38,620 bases of DNA from Candidatus Moranbacteria bacterium GW2011_GWE1_49_15 (GTDB lineage Bacteria; Patescibacteriota; Minisyncoccia; Moranbacterales; GWC2-37-73): assembly GCA_001003855.1 (NCBI GenBank), contig LCPX01000002.1, forward strand, positions 1 to 38,620, read 5' to 3'. The notes beneath the pieces were generated by a model that did no database searches, had not been told where the DNA came from, and saw only the letters and a list, made by a program, of their open reading frames with translations. The position numbers and the translations under genes were made by a program. Below are positions 20,616 to 29,608 of this stretch, one piece after another (position 1 is the first letter of the stretch; each line of letters starts with the position of its first letter).

Positions 20616-22298
20616 ATGTTCAATTTTCCAGACCCCAAAACCAAGGATCCTAAACAATGGAGGTTGCAGCGGAGACTCGAGGTCATCCCCGGCACATTGA
20701 CGTGGTTGACCATCATCGGAATGTTCGCCCTTTCGTTCATAGTCCCCGTTTGGATAGCCGTGTTCATCATAGCTTTCGACATATATTGGATATATAGGAC
20801 CATTTTTATCACTACTTATTCCGTCGTAGCGTATAGGAAATTCCAAGAAGGCAAGACTATCGATTGGTGGGAGAGATGCCAGAATATCGTGGATCCGGCC
20901 AAATACGCCGAGGAGATTTCGGAGAGAATAGCCAAACTCAAAGGACAGTTGGGGGAGAGTTTGAGTTTTTTCCAGAAAAGGAAAGTGAAAAAAGAAATCA
21001 GGAAGCAGGAGACATTCTTGCAGAAGGTCCGGGAAATCGGGGAAAACAAGGACGAGATATTGGATTGGCGCAAGATATTGCACGTGGTGATGCTTCCCAC
21101 CGCCAATGAGCCGGCGGAGGTCATCGAACCCGCGATAGCGGCCATCGCCGACAGCAATTTTCCCAACCAGCAGATCATCATCCTGTTGGCGACCGAAGAG
21201 AGGGAGGATGAGAAGCGGAGGATGGAAAAGGTCAATCATCTCAAGAGTAAGTTCAATGGAGTTTTCCGTGATTTTTTGGTGACTACCCATGAAGTCGCCG
21301 CAGGGGAGTTGAAATGCAAGGCTTCGAACGCCACTTATGCTGCCAAAAAATTGCAGGCATATCTGGATGAAAGGGAGATCGATTACAAAAAAGTCATTTT
21401 TTCCAATTTCGATTGCGACAGCGTGTGCCATCCGCAATATTTCGCCGCGCTCACCTATGAATATATAACCGATCCGAAGAGGCTCCAACGCTCATACCAG
21501 CCGCTTCCGATGTACCACAACAACCTTTGGGACACCAATGCGTTCGTGCGCGTCATCGTGACGAGCTCTTCTTTTTGGCATATGTACCAGAGCACCAGGA
21601 TAGAGATGGTCACTTTCTCCTCGCACAGCGAACCTTTCGACACTTTGGTTAAAGTCGGTTTCTGGCCGGTGAACGTGATCAGCGAGGATTCCATAATCTA
21701 TTGGAAGTGTTATTCCTATTACCATGGGGACTATATGGTCAAACCTATTTATCTGCCTATTTCCCTGGATGCCGTGTTGGCGCACACCTATTGGCAGACG
21801 ATCAAGAACCAATATAAGCAGAAAAGGCGCTGGGCTTATGGAATCGAGAATTTCCCGATGATCATGCGCGCGATCTGGCCTGATAAGAAGATAAAGCTTT
21901 CTAAGAAATTGGGAATCGCTTCCGAGATGCTGGAAGGGCATCATTCCTGGGCCACCTCGTCTTTCATTTTGGCCGTTCTGGGATGGCTGCCGCTCATTTT
22001 CGGCGGTGCCGATTTCAATGAGAGCGTGATAGCGCACAATCTGCCCTTCGTCACCAGGTATCTGATGACGTTGGCTATGGGGGGGTTGATCGTTTCGATG
22101 TTTTTGAGTTTCCTGCTACTTCCTCCGCGGCCCGCGAAGTATTCCAGGAAGAGGTATATTTATATGTTCTTGCAATGGTTCTTGGTTCCGATCATAGCTC
22201 CGACGCTCGGCGCCCTTCCGGCCATAGATTCACAAACCAGGATATTGTTCAAGAAATATTTCGGAGAATTCTGGGTTACCGATAAGATCAGGAAATAA
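20616..22298 (+). CDS. Processive GT2 family membrane glycosyltransferase
   Basis: DCD, SED and QKRRW (D,D,D,QxxRW) with N- and C-terminal TM helices. Confidence 0.88.
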   Translation: MFNFPDPKTKDPKQWRLQRRLEVIPGTLTWLTIIGMFALSFIVPVWIAVFIIAFDIYWIYRTIFITTYSVVAYRKFQEGKTIDWWERCQNIVDPAKYAEEISERIAKLKGQLGESLSFFQKRKVKKEIRKQETFLQKVREIGENKDEILDWRKILHVVMLPTANEPAEVIEPAIAAIADSNFPNQQIIILLATEEREDEKRRMEKVNHLKSKFNGVFRDFLVTTHEVAAGELKCKASNATYAAKKLQAYLDEREIDYKKVIFSNFDCDSVCHPQYFAALTYEYITDPKRLQRSYQPLPMYHNNLWDTNAFVRVIVTSSSFWHMYQSTRIEMVTFSSHSEPFDTLVKVGFWPVNVISEDSIIYWKCYSYYHGDYMVKPIYLPISLDAVLAHTYWQTIKNQYKQKRRWAYGIENFPMIMRAIWPDKKIKLSKKLGIASEMLEGHHSWATSSFILAVLGWLPLIFGGADFNESVIAHNLPFVTRYLMTLAMGGLIVSMFLSFLLLPPRPAKYSRKRYIYMFLQWFLVPIIAPTLGALPAIDSQTRILFKKYFGEFWVTDKIRK

Positions 22299-22342
22299 GC
22301 TTCATTGGGGAAGCTCCATCTTTCTTGTTTTCATAAAGCTCT

Positions 22343-23374
22343 ATGGGTTATTCCCTTTATTTTTTTCCTTTCGTTTTTTCATTCCTGATAGCCACCATGC
22401 TGTCGGCGAGCCTTCTTTTGGTGAGAAGATTTTTCCCGGACGACAGGCGTTCCGGAAGGCATGTGCATAAAGCTGGAAAATTGCGTTTGGGCGGAGTGGC
22501 CGTCATAATCGCCTTCGTGGCATCTTTGTTGTTGGACGAAAGTCTTTTTATCCCGCAGTCTTTATGGGGGATAATAGCCGCTTCCGTTTTGATATTGATC
22601 GTCGGCGTTTGGGACGATATCAGGGAACTTAACTGGAAATATCAGTTGTTTTTCCAATTTTCCATAGCGGTCCTGGTTTTCATTATGGGCGTCAGGATAG
22701 AATACGTGACGAACCCGTTCGGGGGAGTTTTCGATTTGGAACCCGAAAGGCTTTTTTTGCCGAATCTGCTGCTGGTGGCGATCTGGATAATGATCTTCAT
22801 GAATTCCATGAATTGGATAGATGGGATAGACGGGTTGAGCGGGGGGATAACCTTGATAGGGGCGACGACCATATTCATTCTCGCCCTTAAGCCGGAGGTT
22901 AATCAGCCCCCGGTAGGAATCATCACGGCCGCTCTTTTCGGAGCCGTCCTGGCTTTTCTGGTGTTCAATTTCAATCCTTCAAGGATAATGGCTGGAACGA
23001 GCGGGTCCATGTTTATGGGGTTTATCTTGGCCGTTTTGGCCATATTCGCCGGAGCTAAAATAGCGACCATGCTTTTGATTATGGCTATACCCATAATCGA
23101 CGCTTTCTGGGTGATCCTTGAGAGGATAAAAAACGGCAAATCCATCTTCGAAGCGGATAGGAACCATCTCCATCACAAACTGTTGGAACTTGGTTGGTCG
23201 CAGAAAAAAATATGCCTCTTTTTTTACGCCGTCACGTTCGTTATCTCCTTGATTGCGCTCAACACGAGGGCGATAGGAAAATTCGTGACCATCTTGCTGG
23301 CGGCGGCGGTCATGGCGTCCCTGCTTTACGTTATAAACAGAAAGGTTTATTCCGTTAAATCCAAAAGCACATGA
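22343..23374 (+). CDS. MraY/WecA/TagO family polyprenyl-phosphate sugar-1-phosphate transferase
   Basis: GVWDD, NWIDGIDGL, FNFNPSRIMAG, DRNHLHHKL. Confidence 0.92.
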   Translation: MGYSLYFFPFVFSFLIATMLSASLLLVRRFFPDDRRSGRHVHKAGKLRLGGVAVIIAFVASLLLDESLFIPQSLWGIIAASVLILIVGVWDDIRELNWKYQLFFQFSIAVLVFIMGVRIEYVTNPFGGVFDLEPERLFLPNLLLVAIWIMIFMNSMNWIDGIDGLSGGITLIGATTIFILALKPEVNQPPVGIITAALFGAVLAFLVFNFNPSRIMAGTSGSMFMGFILAVLAIFAGAKIATMLLIMAIPIIDAFWVILERIKNGKSIFEADRNHLHHKLLELGWSQKKICLFFYAVTFVISLIALNTRAIGKFVTILLAAAVMASLLYVINRKVYSVKSKST

Positions 23375-23823
23375 AAGGAAAAATCGTAAAAATAACAGCC
23401 GGTCTGCTTGTTTTGGCGGGAATAGTCCTGGCTACTTGGAAGGATCCGAAAATTTTTGATTTTGGCGATCAGCATCGGCAAACAGTCGTGCTTTCCGGGC
23501 GGGAATTCGAGGTCGAGATTGCGGACACGCATGAAAAATCTTTACTGGGGCTTGGTGGCAGAGAAGGCATGTGCGAATATTGCGGCATGCTGTTTACTTT
23601 TCCGGAAAAAGCCAGGCACGCGTTTTGGATGAAGGGTATGCGGTTCGATCTGGATATCATATGGGTCGCGGACGGAAAAGCGGTCTGGATCGAGAAAAAG
23701 ATCCCTTTTGACAGCGGTGAAACTTTCGATCCGGACGTCGTTTCAGATCAGGTGTTGGAGCTGAATGCCGGTTTGGCTGATGGAATCGGAATCGCGGTGG
23801 GGGACAGGATCGATTCTCGCTAA
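23371..23823 (+). CDS. DUF192 family protein
   Basis: VEIADT, GMLFTF, FWMKGMRFDLDIIW, VLELNAG. Confidence 0.9.
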   Translation: MKGKIVKITAGLLVLAGIVLATWKDPKIFDFGDQHRQTVVLSGREFEVEIADTHEKSLLGLGGREGMCEYCGMLFTFPEKARHAFWMKGMRFDLDIIWVADGKAVWIEKKIPFDSGETFDPDVVSDQVLELNAGLADGIGIAVGDRIDSR

Positions 23824-23838
23824 AACGCTTTTAAAACA

Positions 23839-23868
23839 CATAAAACCCCGCAGTTGCGGGGTTTTATG
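23839..23868. terminator. Bidirectional terminator
   Basis: CATAAAACCCCGC-AGTT-GCGGGGTTTTATG. Confidence 0.8.
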
Positions 23869-23956
23869 CTATTAAAAAAAATTGATTGCCAAACGAGTGT
23901 TGACAATGAATTTATTCATTTCATTCTAAAGAACGATGCTTTCGCTTCGCAAATCC

Positions 23957-24553
23957 CTATGTAAGGGAAGTAACCAGCGCTGAGTATTTCTGCAGATTTT
24001 TGAGCTGCGCTTCATTCAGATTTTTGGACTGTTCTATCGCGTTCTGGATCAAGTCCTTGGAAAACTCTACGGTAGTTCCAGGGTATACCCTACCCTCGAA
24101 ACCGACGTTCTTCCTTAGGTAATCCTCGATGTAAATCTTGTGCTCTTTGGTCAATTCGGAATTAGGATTCTTTTCGAGATAGTTTGCAAGAGCTCTACGT
24201 GCGAGATGGGTTACCCCGTCTCCGTTTCCAGCTGATTCCACGAATGAACCCTCGGTTTCCTTGCTGACAGGAGCCACCGCCTCTTCGGTCTTTTGGGTTT
24301 GGGTTCCGGCAACCTGCTGTTCTCCCTGCTCTCCTTCAACTTCGATAGTCGCTTGTCCGTCGGCAGCAAGCTGCTCCTGGGAAGCCTCTTCTTCGGTCGC
24401 TAGCGGAGTCTCGGTTCTCTTTGAGTATGAATATATTCCTCCGGCTATAACTATCACGATAACGACGCTAACAATTATGCGGAGATTATCCTGAAACCAT
24501 CTTTTGGCCTTATCCATACCCGTTTCTTGTGATTCTGGTGTCATTTCTTCCAT
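23957..24553 (-). CDS. Membrane-anchored hypothetical protein with LysM-like C-terminal domain
   Basis: TM IIVSVVIVIVIAGGIY, acidic linker, GDGVTHLARRAL; SD-like AAAGGTAGGTG upstream of ATG 24553. Confidence 0.75.
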   Translation of the reverse strand: MEEMTPESQETGMDKAKRWFQDNLRIIVSVVIVIVIAGGIYSYSKRTETPLATEEEASQEQLAADGQATIEVEGEQGEQQVAGTQTQKTEEAVAPVSKETEGSFVESAGNGDGVTHLARRALANYLEKNPNSELTKEHKIYIEDYLRKNVGFEGRVYPGTTVEFSKDLIQNAIEQSKNLNEAQLKNLQKYSALVTSLT

Positions 24554-24657
24554 AATTTTCACCTACCTTTCTAGCTTAATCGTTAAAACGCGATTATTTG
24601 CTTTCGTTGAAGCCTTACTCTGCCCCCTGAAGGGCTTCATCGACCCGTCTTTTCTTA

Positions 24658-24686
24658 ATTGTATAGTAGGCAAAATTGCGCGTCAA
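24658..24686 (-). promoter_or_regulatory. Sigma70-type promoter
   Basis: TTGACG-N17-TACAAT on the minus strand. Confidence 0.6.
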
Positions 24687-25165
24687 CTAGACAAAAAGTG
24701 CAATATTTGGCGTAGTAAAGGGATAAAAAAATGATCTTAGATTTTCAATCGTCCGCTTCCGCGCACGCCCTGTCATTTTTTAAAAAAAACTATTTCGGAG
24801 GGATCTCGCGGAAATGAAATTTTCAAAAAATCAGAGCCGCTTTTCGGAGGACGGGAATTTTCCATCAAAAAATTCAATTTTTTTTGATAAAAATTTTCGC
24901 AAATCCCCAGTGGTCAATCCTGTCAGATCCATGGGTGCGGAAAATGTTTTCCCTAAATGTCTGATCCGAAAAATGAAGTTCCGCTCGTTTAAAAATTATT
25001 TCCAGTGCGGCAAGCGACGCCCATGGAATCCTTGGTGCTTGGAGAATTTTCAGTGCGGTGATTATTCCCTGTGTTTATCGGGATAAATCGCGCCAGTGTC
25101 CTGAGAAATTTTTATTTTGTGGCGACATTTTAAAATTCAGTTTCCGCATCCGATATTTTCCATGC

Positions 25166-25174
25166 TGTGGATAA
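25166..25174. promoter_or_regulatory. Consensus DnaA box
   Basis: TGTGGATAA is the reverse complement of TTATCCACA. Confidence 0.5.
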
Positions 25175-25184
25175 CTTTTTTGCA

Positions 25185-25212
25185 TTGCTTTTTTAAAAAA
25201 ACAATCTATAAT
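25185..25212 (+). promoter_or_regulatory. Sigma70-type promoter
   Basis: TTGCTT-N16-TATAAT. Confidence 0.55.
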
Positions 25213-25358
25213 TAAATCATGAAGAGAAAAAATATTAAAATATTTTTTTGAAACATTTGTACTAAGTTCTGCGAAAATAAAAAAACAAAAATTAAAAATT
25301 AATAATAAAATTTTTTATCCTGGGATATGGAAAATATCTTCGGGAAAAAAATAAAAGA

Positions 25359-25551
25359 CTGTTGAAGCCGGTGTGCGAAAGTCGGTCCTGCATCTTTTTC
25401 AAAGATAAAACAAAAACAAAAAACCAATTCCGCCGAATGAGCTCCCTGTCTGTGATATTTCCGAAAACCGAATTGGGAAAGGGTGATTATCTGAAAAAAA
25501 GATGCGGGGCTAACAGCTTCGTATGCTAAGAATCTTCTGACAGTATCAGAA
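25359..25551 (+). ncRNA. Putative structured RNA or 5' leader upstream of the histone-like gene
   Basis: Nested complementary segments found by eye (see findings). Confidence 0.4.
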
Positions 25552-25567
25552 AAGGAGGTGAATGAAA

Positions 25568-25714
25568 ATGGCAGCAAAAAAGAAAGTCGCAAAGAAAAAA
25601 GTAGCCAAGAAAGCTACTAAGAAAGTTGCAAAAAAGAAAGTTGCAAAGAAAAAAGTAGCCAAGAAAGCTACTAAGAAAGTTGCAAAAAAGAAAGTCGCAA
25701 AGAGAAAAAAATAG
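25568..25714 (+). CDS. 48-aa lysine-rich histone-H1-like basic protein (absent from the ORF track)
   Basis: MAAKKKVAKKKVAKKATKKVAKKKVAKKKVAKKATKKVAKKKVAKRKK; SD AAGGAGGTGA at 25552-25561; downstream terminator. Confidence 0.85.
   Translation: MAAKKKVAKKKVAKKATKKVAKKKVAKKKVAKKATKKVAKKKVAKRKK
25574..25703 (+). repeat. 54-bp tandem repeat (about 2.4 copies) inside the histone-like gene
   Basis: Unit encodes AKKKVAKKKVAKKATKKV; full copies differ by one synonymous base (GTC/GTT). Confidence 0.9.
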
Positions 25715-25760
25715 TATCTTTTGAATTTCACTAAGCTTAAACGCTTATTAGTGCGCACAA

Positions 25761-25790
25761 GCAAAAAACCACCAAATGGTGGTTTTTTGC
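25761..25790. terminator. Bidirectional terminator
   Basis: GCAAAAAACCACC-AAAT-GGTGGTTTTTTGC. Confidence 0.85.
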
Positions 25791-25845
25791 GTTATACGCG
25801 TGTCAGTATCATTTTCAGGGAGATTTGATGTAAAATGTCCCGAGC

Positions 25846-25984
25846 TAACTTTTCTTGGCGCCAAGAAAAGTTACAAAAGAAGCGCCGAACGTGCTCGCGC
25901 TGGCCGGACCGCGACGCTTTCTCGCTGAAATTTACACTTCGCTGTCCCTCGCTGCAGTCCGGAAACGCGCTTCGCAATGTTCGG
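25846..25984. repeat. REP/MITE-like palindromic element
   Basis: Perfect 28-bp palindrome 25846-25873 followed by a nested GC-rich stem 25885-25984. Confidence 0.55.
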
Positions 25985-26014
25985 AAAGAAATTGAAATCT
26001 TAGTTTTAACGCTT

Positions 26015-26911
26015 TTAGATTAGATTTATTTTCACTGTCCTCCATTTTTCCGCCAGATCTTGCTTGAATTCCGATTTCGCATTAGGAAAAAAGTCAGGGA
26101 TGATTTTTTCGAGAAGTTCTTTTTGTTCGGGACTGTATTCGATCAATATGGTGACTGATGATAAGTTTCGGATGACAGAGGAGTTCTTTATTTGTTCGAA
26201 TAGCTCCCTGTAATGTTTCAATCCCGCTTCCGGGCTGTAGAGCGCCGTCTTCGGTTCGAAATTTATCACGTCCTTCGGTGCGCTTTCATATATGTCTTCC
26301 GAGAGGTAGGGAAGGTTGGCCAGAATGATCAGGCGGCCGGGTCCTAGGTTATGGATGTCTGGTTTTAAAATGGGAGAAAGGAGGTTTCCGTGGAGAAATT
26401 TTATTTCCTTATCAAGTCCATGGGCTTTGGCGTTTTGTCTGGCCACTTCCAACGCGTCTCCGCTCATGTCGATACCTATGAATTTCAAATTTGAAATTTC
26501 AAACTTGAAATCTTCCATCGCTTTGGCGATGGAGACGATGATATTGCCCGATCCGGTCCCTATGTCGGCGACCACGATATCTTCGTCTTTGTTGCGTAGC
26601 GCGTTACGTAACAGTCCCAAAGCATCCTCCACGAGCATTTCCGTTTCCGGGCGGGGAACAAGGGTGTGTTCGTTCACCTTGAAATCCAATCCATAAAATT
26701 CTCTTCGTCCTGTGATGTAGGCGAGCGGTTCACCCCCGATCCTCCTGGCTATGTCTTTTTCGATAAGGGGCAATTGGTCATCGGTAATATTGTTTTCCGG
26801 ATAAGTTAAAACAAATTCCCTCGATTTTGCAAGGGAATTCGCGATGATAAGCTCGGCGTCCAACGCGTCCAGCTTGCATTTGTATTTTTGAAGCAAGTCC
26901 TTGATGGTCAT
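26015..26911 (-). CDS. prmC: Release factor glutamine methyltransferase
   Basis: GEPLAYI, LVPRPETE, DIGTGSG, NLPY, FEPKTAL; directly downstream of prfA. Confidence 0.95.
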   Translation of the reverse strand: MTIKDLLQKYKCKLDALDAELIIANSLAKSREFVLTYPENNITDDQLPLIEKDIARRIGGEPLAYITGRREFYGLDFKVNEHTLVPRPETEMLVEDALGLLRNALRNKDEDIVVADIGTGSGNIIVSIAKAMEDFKFEISNLKFIGIDMSGDALEVARQNAKAHGLDKEIKFLHGNLLSPILKPDIHNLGPGRLIILANLPYLSEDIYESAPKDVINFEPKTALYSPEAGLKHYRELFEQIKNSSVIRNLSSVTILIEYSPEQKELLEKIIPDFFPNAKSEFKQDLAEKWRTVKINLI

Positions 26912-26917
26912 CGGGTT

Positions 26918-27994
26918 TTATTTTTCCAGGGAAAGAAGTTTTCTGATGTTTTCCTCTTGGAGCTCTTTTAGGATATCGTCCAGGTTTCCGTCCAGAACCC
27001 CTTCGATATTGCTCCAGGATTGCTTGATGCGGTGGTCCGTGATGCGGTCCTGCGGGAAGTTGTAAGTTCTGATCTTTTCGCTGCGGTCTCCGGTTCCGAT
27101 CTGGCTTTTCCTTTCCTCTCCGAGTTCCTTGGCTTTCCTTTCCTCTTCCGCTTGGACGAGACGGGAGCGCAGAACCTTCATAGCCTTGTCCTTGTTCTTG
27201 TGCTGGGATTTCTCGTCCTGGCAGGAAACGATGAGGCCGGTCGGGATATGAGTGATGCGGATGGCTGACTTGGTAGTGTTGACCGATTGCCCTCCCGGAC
27301 CGGAAGAGCAGAAAGTGTCGATGCGCAGGTCGTTCGGGTTTATTTTGAATTCGACTTCTTCGATCTGCGGAAGAACGGCGACGGTCGCGGTGGAAGTGTG
27401 GATCCTGCCCATTTTTTCCGTCTCAGGAACCCTTTGGACGCGGTGCACTCCGGATTCATGCTTGAGGCTTCCGTATACCGGAACATCGCTGGACGAGTTT
27501 ATTTCGAAAACTATCTCCTTGAATCCTCCGAGGTCGCTCTGATGCGAATCCATAACGGAAACTTTCCAGCCGTTCTTTTCGGCATATTTCGAATACATCC
27601 TGAAAAGGTCACCCGCAAAAAGCGAGGATTCGTCTCCGCCGGCCCCCGCGCGGATTTCCATGATCACATCTTTGCCGTCATTGGGGTCTTTCGGAAGCAA
27701 CATGAATTCCAGCTCCTTTTCCAGCTCCTCTTTCCTTTTGGCCAGTTCGATGCTTTCCTCCATGGCCATCTGTTTCATTTCCTCGTCGTTTTCCGCGTTC
27801 ATGATTTCGGCATTGCCTTTCATGTCCGATTCGATCTTTTCCAATTCCTCGATGGTTTGGATGGTTTCGGATAATTCGGATTGCCTTCTTCCCAAGGTGG
27901 CCATTTTTTTCGGATCGGAAACTATCTCAGGGGAATTGAGCTCGTCGGATATTTCCTGGTATTCTTTTTTGATAGCGTCTACTTTGTTCTTCAT
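26918..27994 (-). CDS. prfA: Peptide chain release factor 1
   Basis: GGQ motif, PxT (RVPETE), [15 protein letters not shown]. Confidence 0.97.
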   Translation of the reverse strand: MKNKVDAIKKEYQEISDELNSPEIVSDPKKMATLGRRQSELSETIQTIEELEKIESDMKGNAEIMNAENDEEMKQMAMEESIELAKRKEELEKELEFMLLPKDPNDGKDVIMEIRAGAGGDESSLFAGDLFRMYSKYAEKNGWKVSVMDSHQSDLGGFKEIVFEINSSSDVPVYGSLKHESGVHRVQRVPETEKMGRIHTSTATVAVLPQIEEVEFKINPNDLRIDTFCSSGPGGQSVNTTKSAIRITHIPTGLIVSCQDEKSQHKNKDKAMKVLRSRLVQAEEERKAKELGEERKSQIGTGDRSEKIRTYNFPQDRITDHRIKQSWSNIEGVLDGNLDDILKELQEENIRKLLSLEK

Positions 27995-28104
27995 ATATAT
28001 GCTGTGTAAATGTGGACGAATTTAGGTGGAATATGGCATGATTAAACCATAAAATACGCGTAAATACAGTTTATCTTTCAAAGAGGGGAAAGTCAATGGA
28101 TGAT

Positions 28105-28134
28105 AAAAACCCGACCATCTTGGCCGGGTTTTTT
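28105..28134 (-). terminator. Terminator after rpmE
   Basis: AAAAACCCGACC...GGCCGGGTTTTTT hairpin. Confidence 0.7.
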
Positions 28135-28148
28135 GAAATCGGGATAAG

Positions 28149-28427
28149 TTATTTCTTTTTTTCTTCCTTTTTGGCGGCAGGCTTTTTGGCGGCCTTCGCT
28201 TTCTTGGTAGCCTCTTTTTTGGCTTCGGATTTCTCCGCGAGCTTCTTGAAGCGGTCCACGCGTCCTGTCGTGTCCAGGGTCTTTTTCTTTCCGGTATAGA
28301 AAGGATGGCACTGCGAGCAGATTTCGACATGCATCTCTTTCTGGGTGGCTCCGGTGGTCAGGACGGCTCCGCATGAGCAGGTGATCGTGGCCTCTTCGTA
28401 GAATTTCGGGTGGATATTCTTCTTCAT
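28149..28427 (-). CDS. rpmE: 50S ribosomal protein L31 (Zn-binding type) with Lys/Ala-rich tail
   Basis: [27 protein letters not shown]. Confidence 0.97.
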   Translation of the reverse strand: MKKNIHPKFYEEATITCSCGAVLTTGATQKEMHVEICSQCHPFYTGKKKTLDTTGRVDRFKKLAEKSEAKKEATKKAKAAKKPAAKKEEKKK

Positions 28428-28436
28428 GTGAATCTT

Positions 28437-28475
28437 TACGAATTACGAATCTGTACTTATATACGAATTACGAAT
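28437..28475. repeat. Four TACGAAT heptamers in two tandem pairs
   Basis: Copies at 28437, 28444, 28462 and 28469. Confidence 0.8.
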
Positions 28476-28510
28476 TCGGTGTAAATAGATGATAATATTG
28501 TTACTAGAGC

Positions 28511-28560
28511 AATTTAGCACGTATTGTTAGAATTGACAAGGGCTGAGGGTCTGCTATACT
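28511..28560. promoter_or_regulatory. Overlapping divergent promoters for rpmE and rpsB
   Basis: Plus strand TTGACA(28533)-N16-TATACT with extended TG; minus strand TTGTCA-N17-TAAATT with extended TG. Confidence 0.65.
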
Positions 28561-28589
28561 GAAGCTCGTACTCACTATTTGAATAAAAA

Positions 28590-28744
28590 ACATATTTTTT
28601 CTCGGCCTTTTCCTGCCCCGATATGTCGGGGTTAAGGCTTATGTAAAGGAAAAAATAGGTGATTACTCCCGCCTTTTTGGGGCGGATGTTAATAAATTAA
28701 GGAAAATCCCGGTCTCAAATGCCCTTTTTGCGGAATTTGGCGGG
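28590..28744 (+). promoter_or_regulatory. Structured rpsB 5' leader (probable S2 autoregulatory element)
   Basis: TATTTTTTC/GAAAAAATA, GCCTT/AAGGC and CCCCGA-TATG-TCGGGG nested stems upstream of rpsB. Confidence 0.5.
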
Positions 28745-29542
28745 ATGAAAGTAATGAAAAAAGAAGAGAAAGCCCCTGTGGCTGCAACTTCGGTTGCGAA
28801 GAAGAGCGAGGGAGTCGAGAATTATTTCTCCACTCTGGATTTGTCGGCGTTGGAGGTAAGTATGGAGGAAATGCTCAAGGCCGGCGTGCATTTCGGACAC
28901 CAGAAAGCCAGAAGGAACCCGAAGATGAACAGATACATCTTCACCACTAAGAAAAGCCTGAACATCATCGACCTCGAGAAGAGCGCTCAGAAAATCAAGG
29001 AAGCTCTTGATTTCATTGCCGGTCTCAGGAAGGAAGGAAAAAACATTCTTTTCGTCGGAACCAAACCGCAGATCAAGAATTTGGTTATTTCGGCGGCCGA
29101 GGCCTCCGGAATGCCGTATGTCGTGGAGAGATGGCTCGGTGGAACTTTCACGAATTTCAAGAATATCAGGTCCAGGACCAGGTATCTCGTCGAATCGCAG
29201 GATAAGATGGAGAAAGGTGAATTCCAAAAATACACCAAATTCGAAAGGATGAAAATGACCGAAGAGCTGGAGAAGATGGAGGACAGGATGGGCGGAATCA
29301 AGCACATGTCAGAGCTTCCGGCCGCCATTTTCGCGACCAGCATCAAAGAGGATAGGATAGCTATCAACGAGGCCCAGAAAATGGGGATTCCGGTGATCGC
29401 GATCGCCGACACCAACACGGACCCTACTCTTGCGGATTATCCTATTCCGGCGAACGACGACGCTTTGTCTTCCGTCAGGCTCATTTTGAGCTATGCTTGC
29501 AAAGCGTTGGCTACTACGGCCGACGTCGCCGCTAAGAAGTAA
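28745..29542 (+). CDS. rpsB: 30S ribosomal protein S2
   Basis: MLKAGVHFGH, RWLGGTFTNF, DTNTDP, PANDDA. Confidence 0.97.
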   Translation: MKVMKKEEKAPVAATSVAKKSEGVENYFSTLDLSALEVSMEEMLKAGVHFGHQKARRNPKMNRYIFTTKKSLNIIDLEKSAQKIKEALDFIAGLRKEGKNILFVGTKPQIKNLVISAAEASGMPYVVERWLGGTFTNFKNIRSRTRYLVESQDKMEKGEFQKYTKFERMKMTEELEKMEDRMGGIKHMSELPAAIFATSIKEDRIAINEAQKMGIPVIAIADTNTDPTLADYPIPANDDALSSVRLILSYACKALATTADVAAKK

Positions 29543-29608
29543 TTTTTGGTTTTTTGAAATTTGAAATAGGGATTTCAGTCAAAATTAAAAATTAAAATTG
29601 AAAAAGTT

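Noticed and set aside
24814-25086. 90-aa ORF in the large intergenic region
   Set aside because: Low-complexity F/K/N composition from A/T runs, no RBS or motif; probably non-coding.
24563-25567. Replication origin
   Set aside because: Only one perfect DnaA box, no dnaA/dnaN nearby, and no obvious switch in gene orientation; skew was not computed, so it is not fully excluded.
25546-25764. 72-aa minus-strand ORF rich in F/A/T
   Set aside because: It is the antisense shadow of the lysine-rich gene, which has the SD and terminator.
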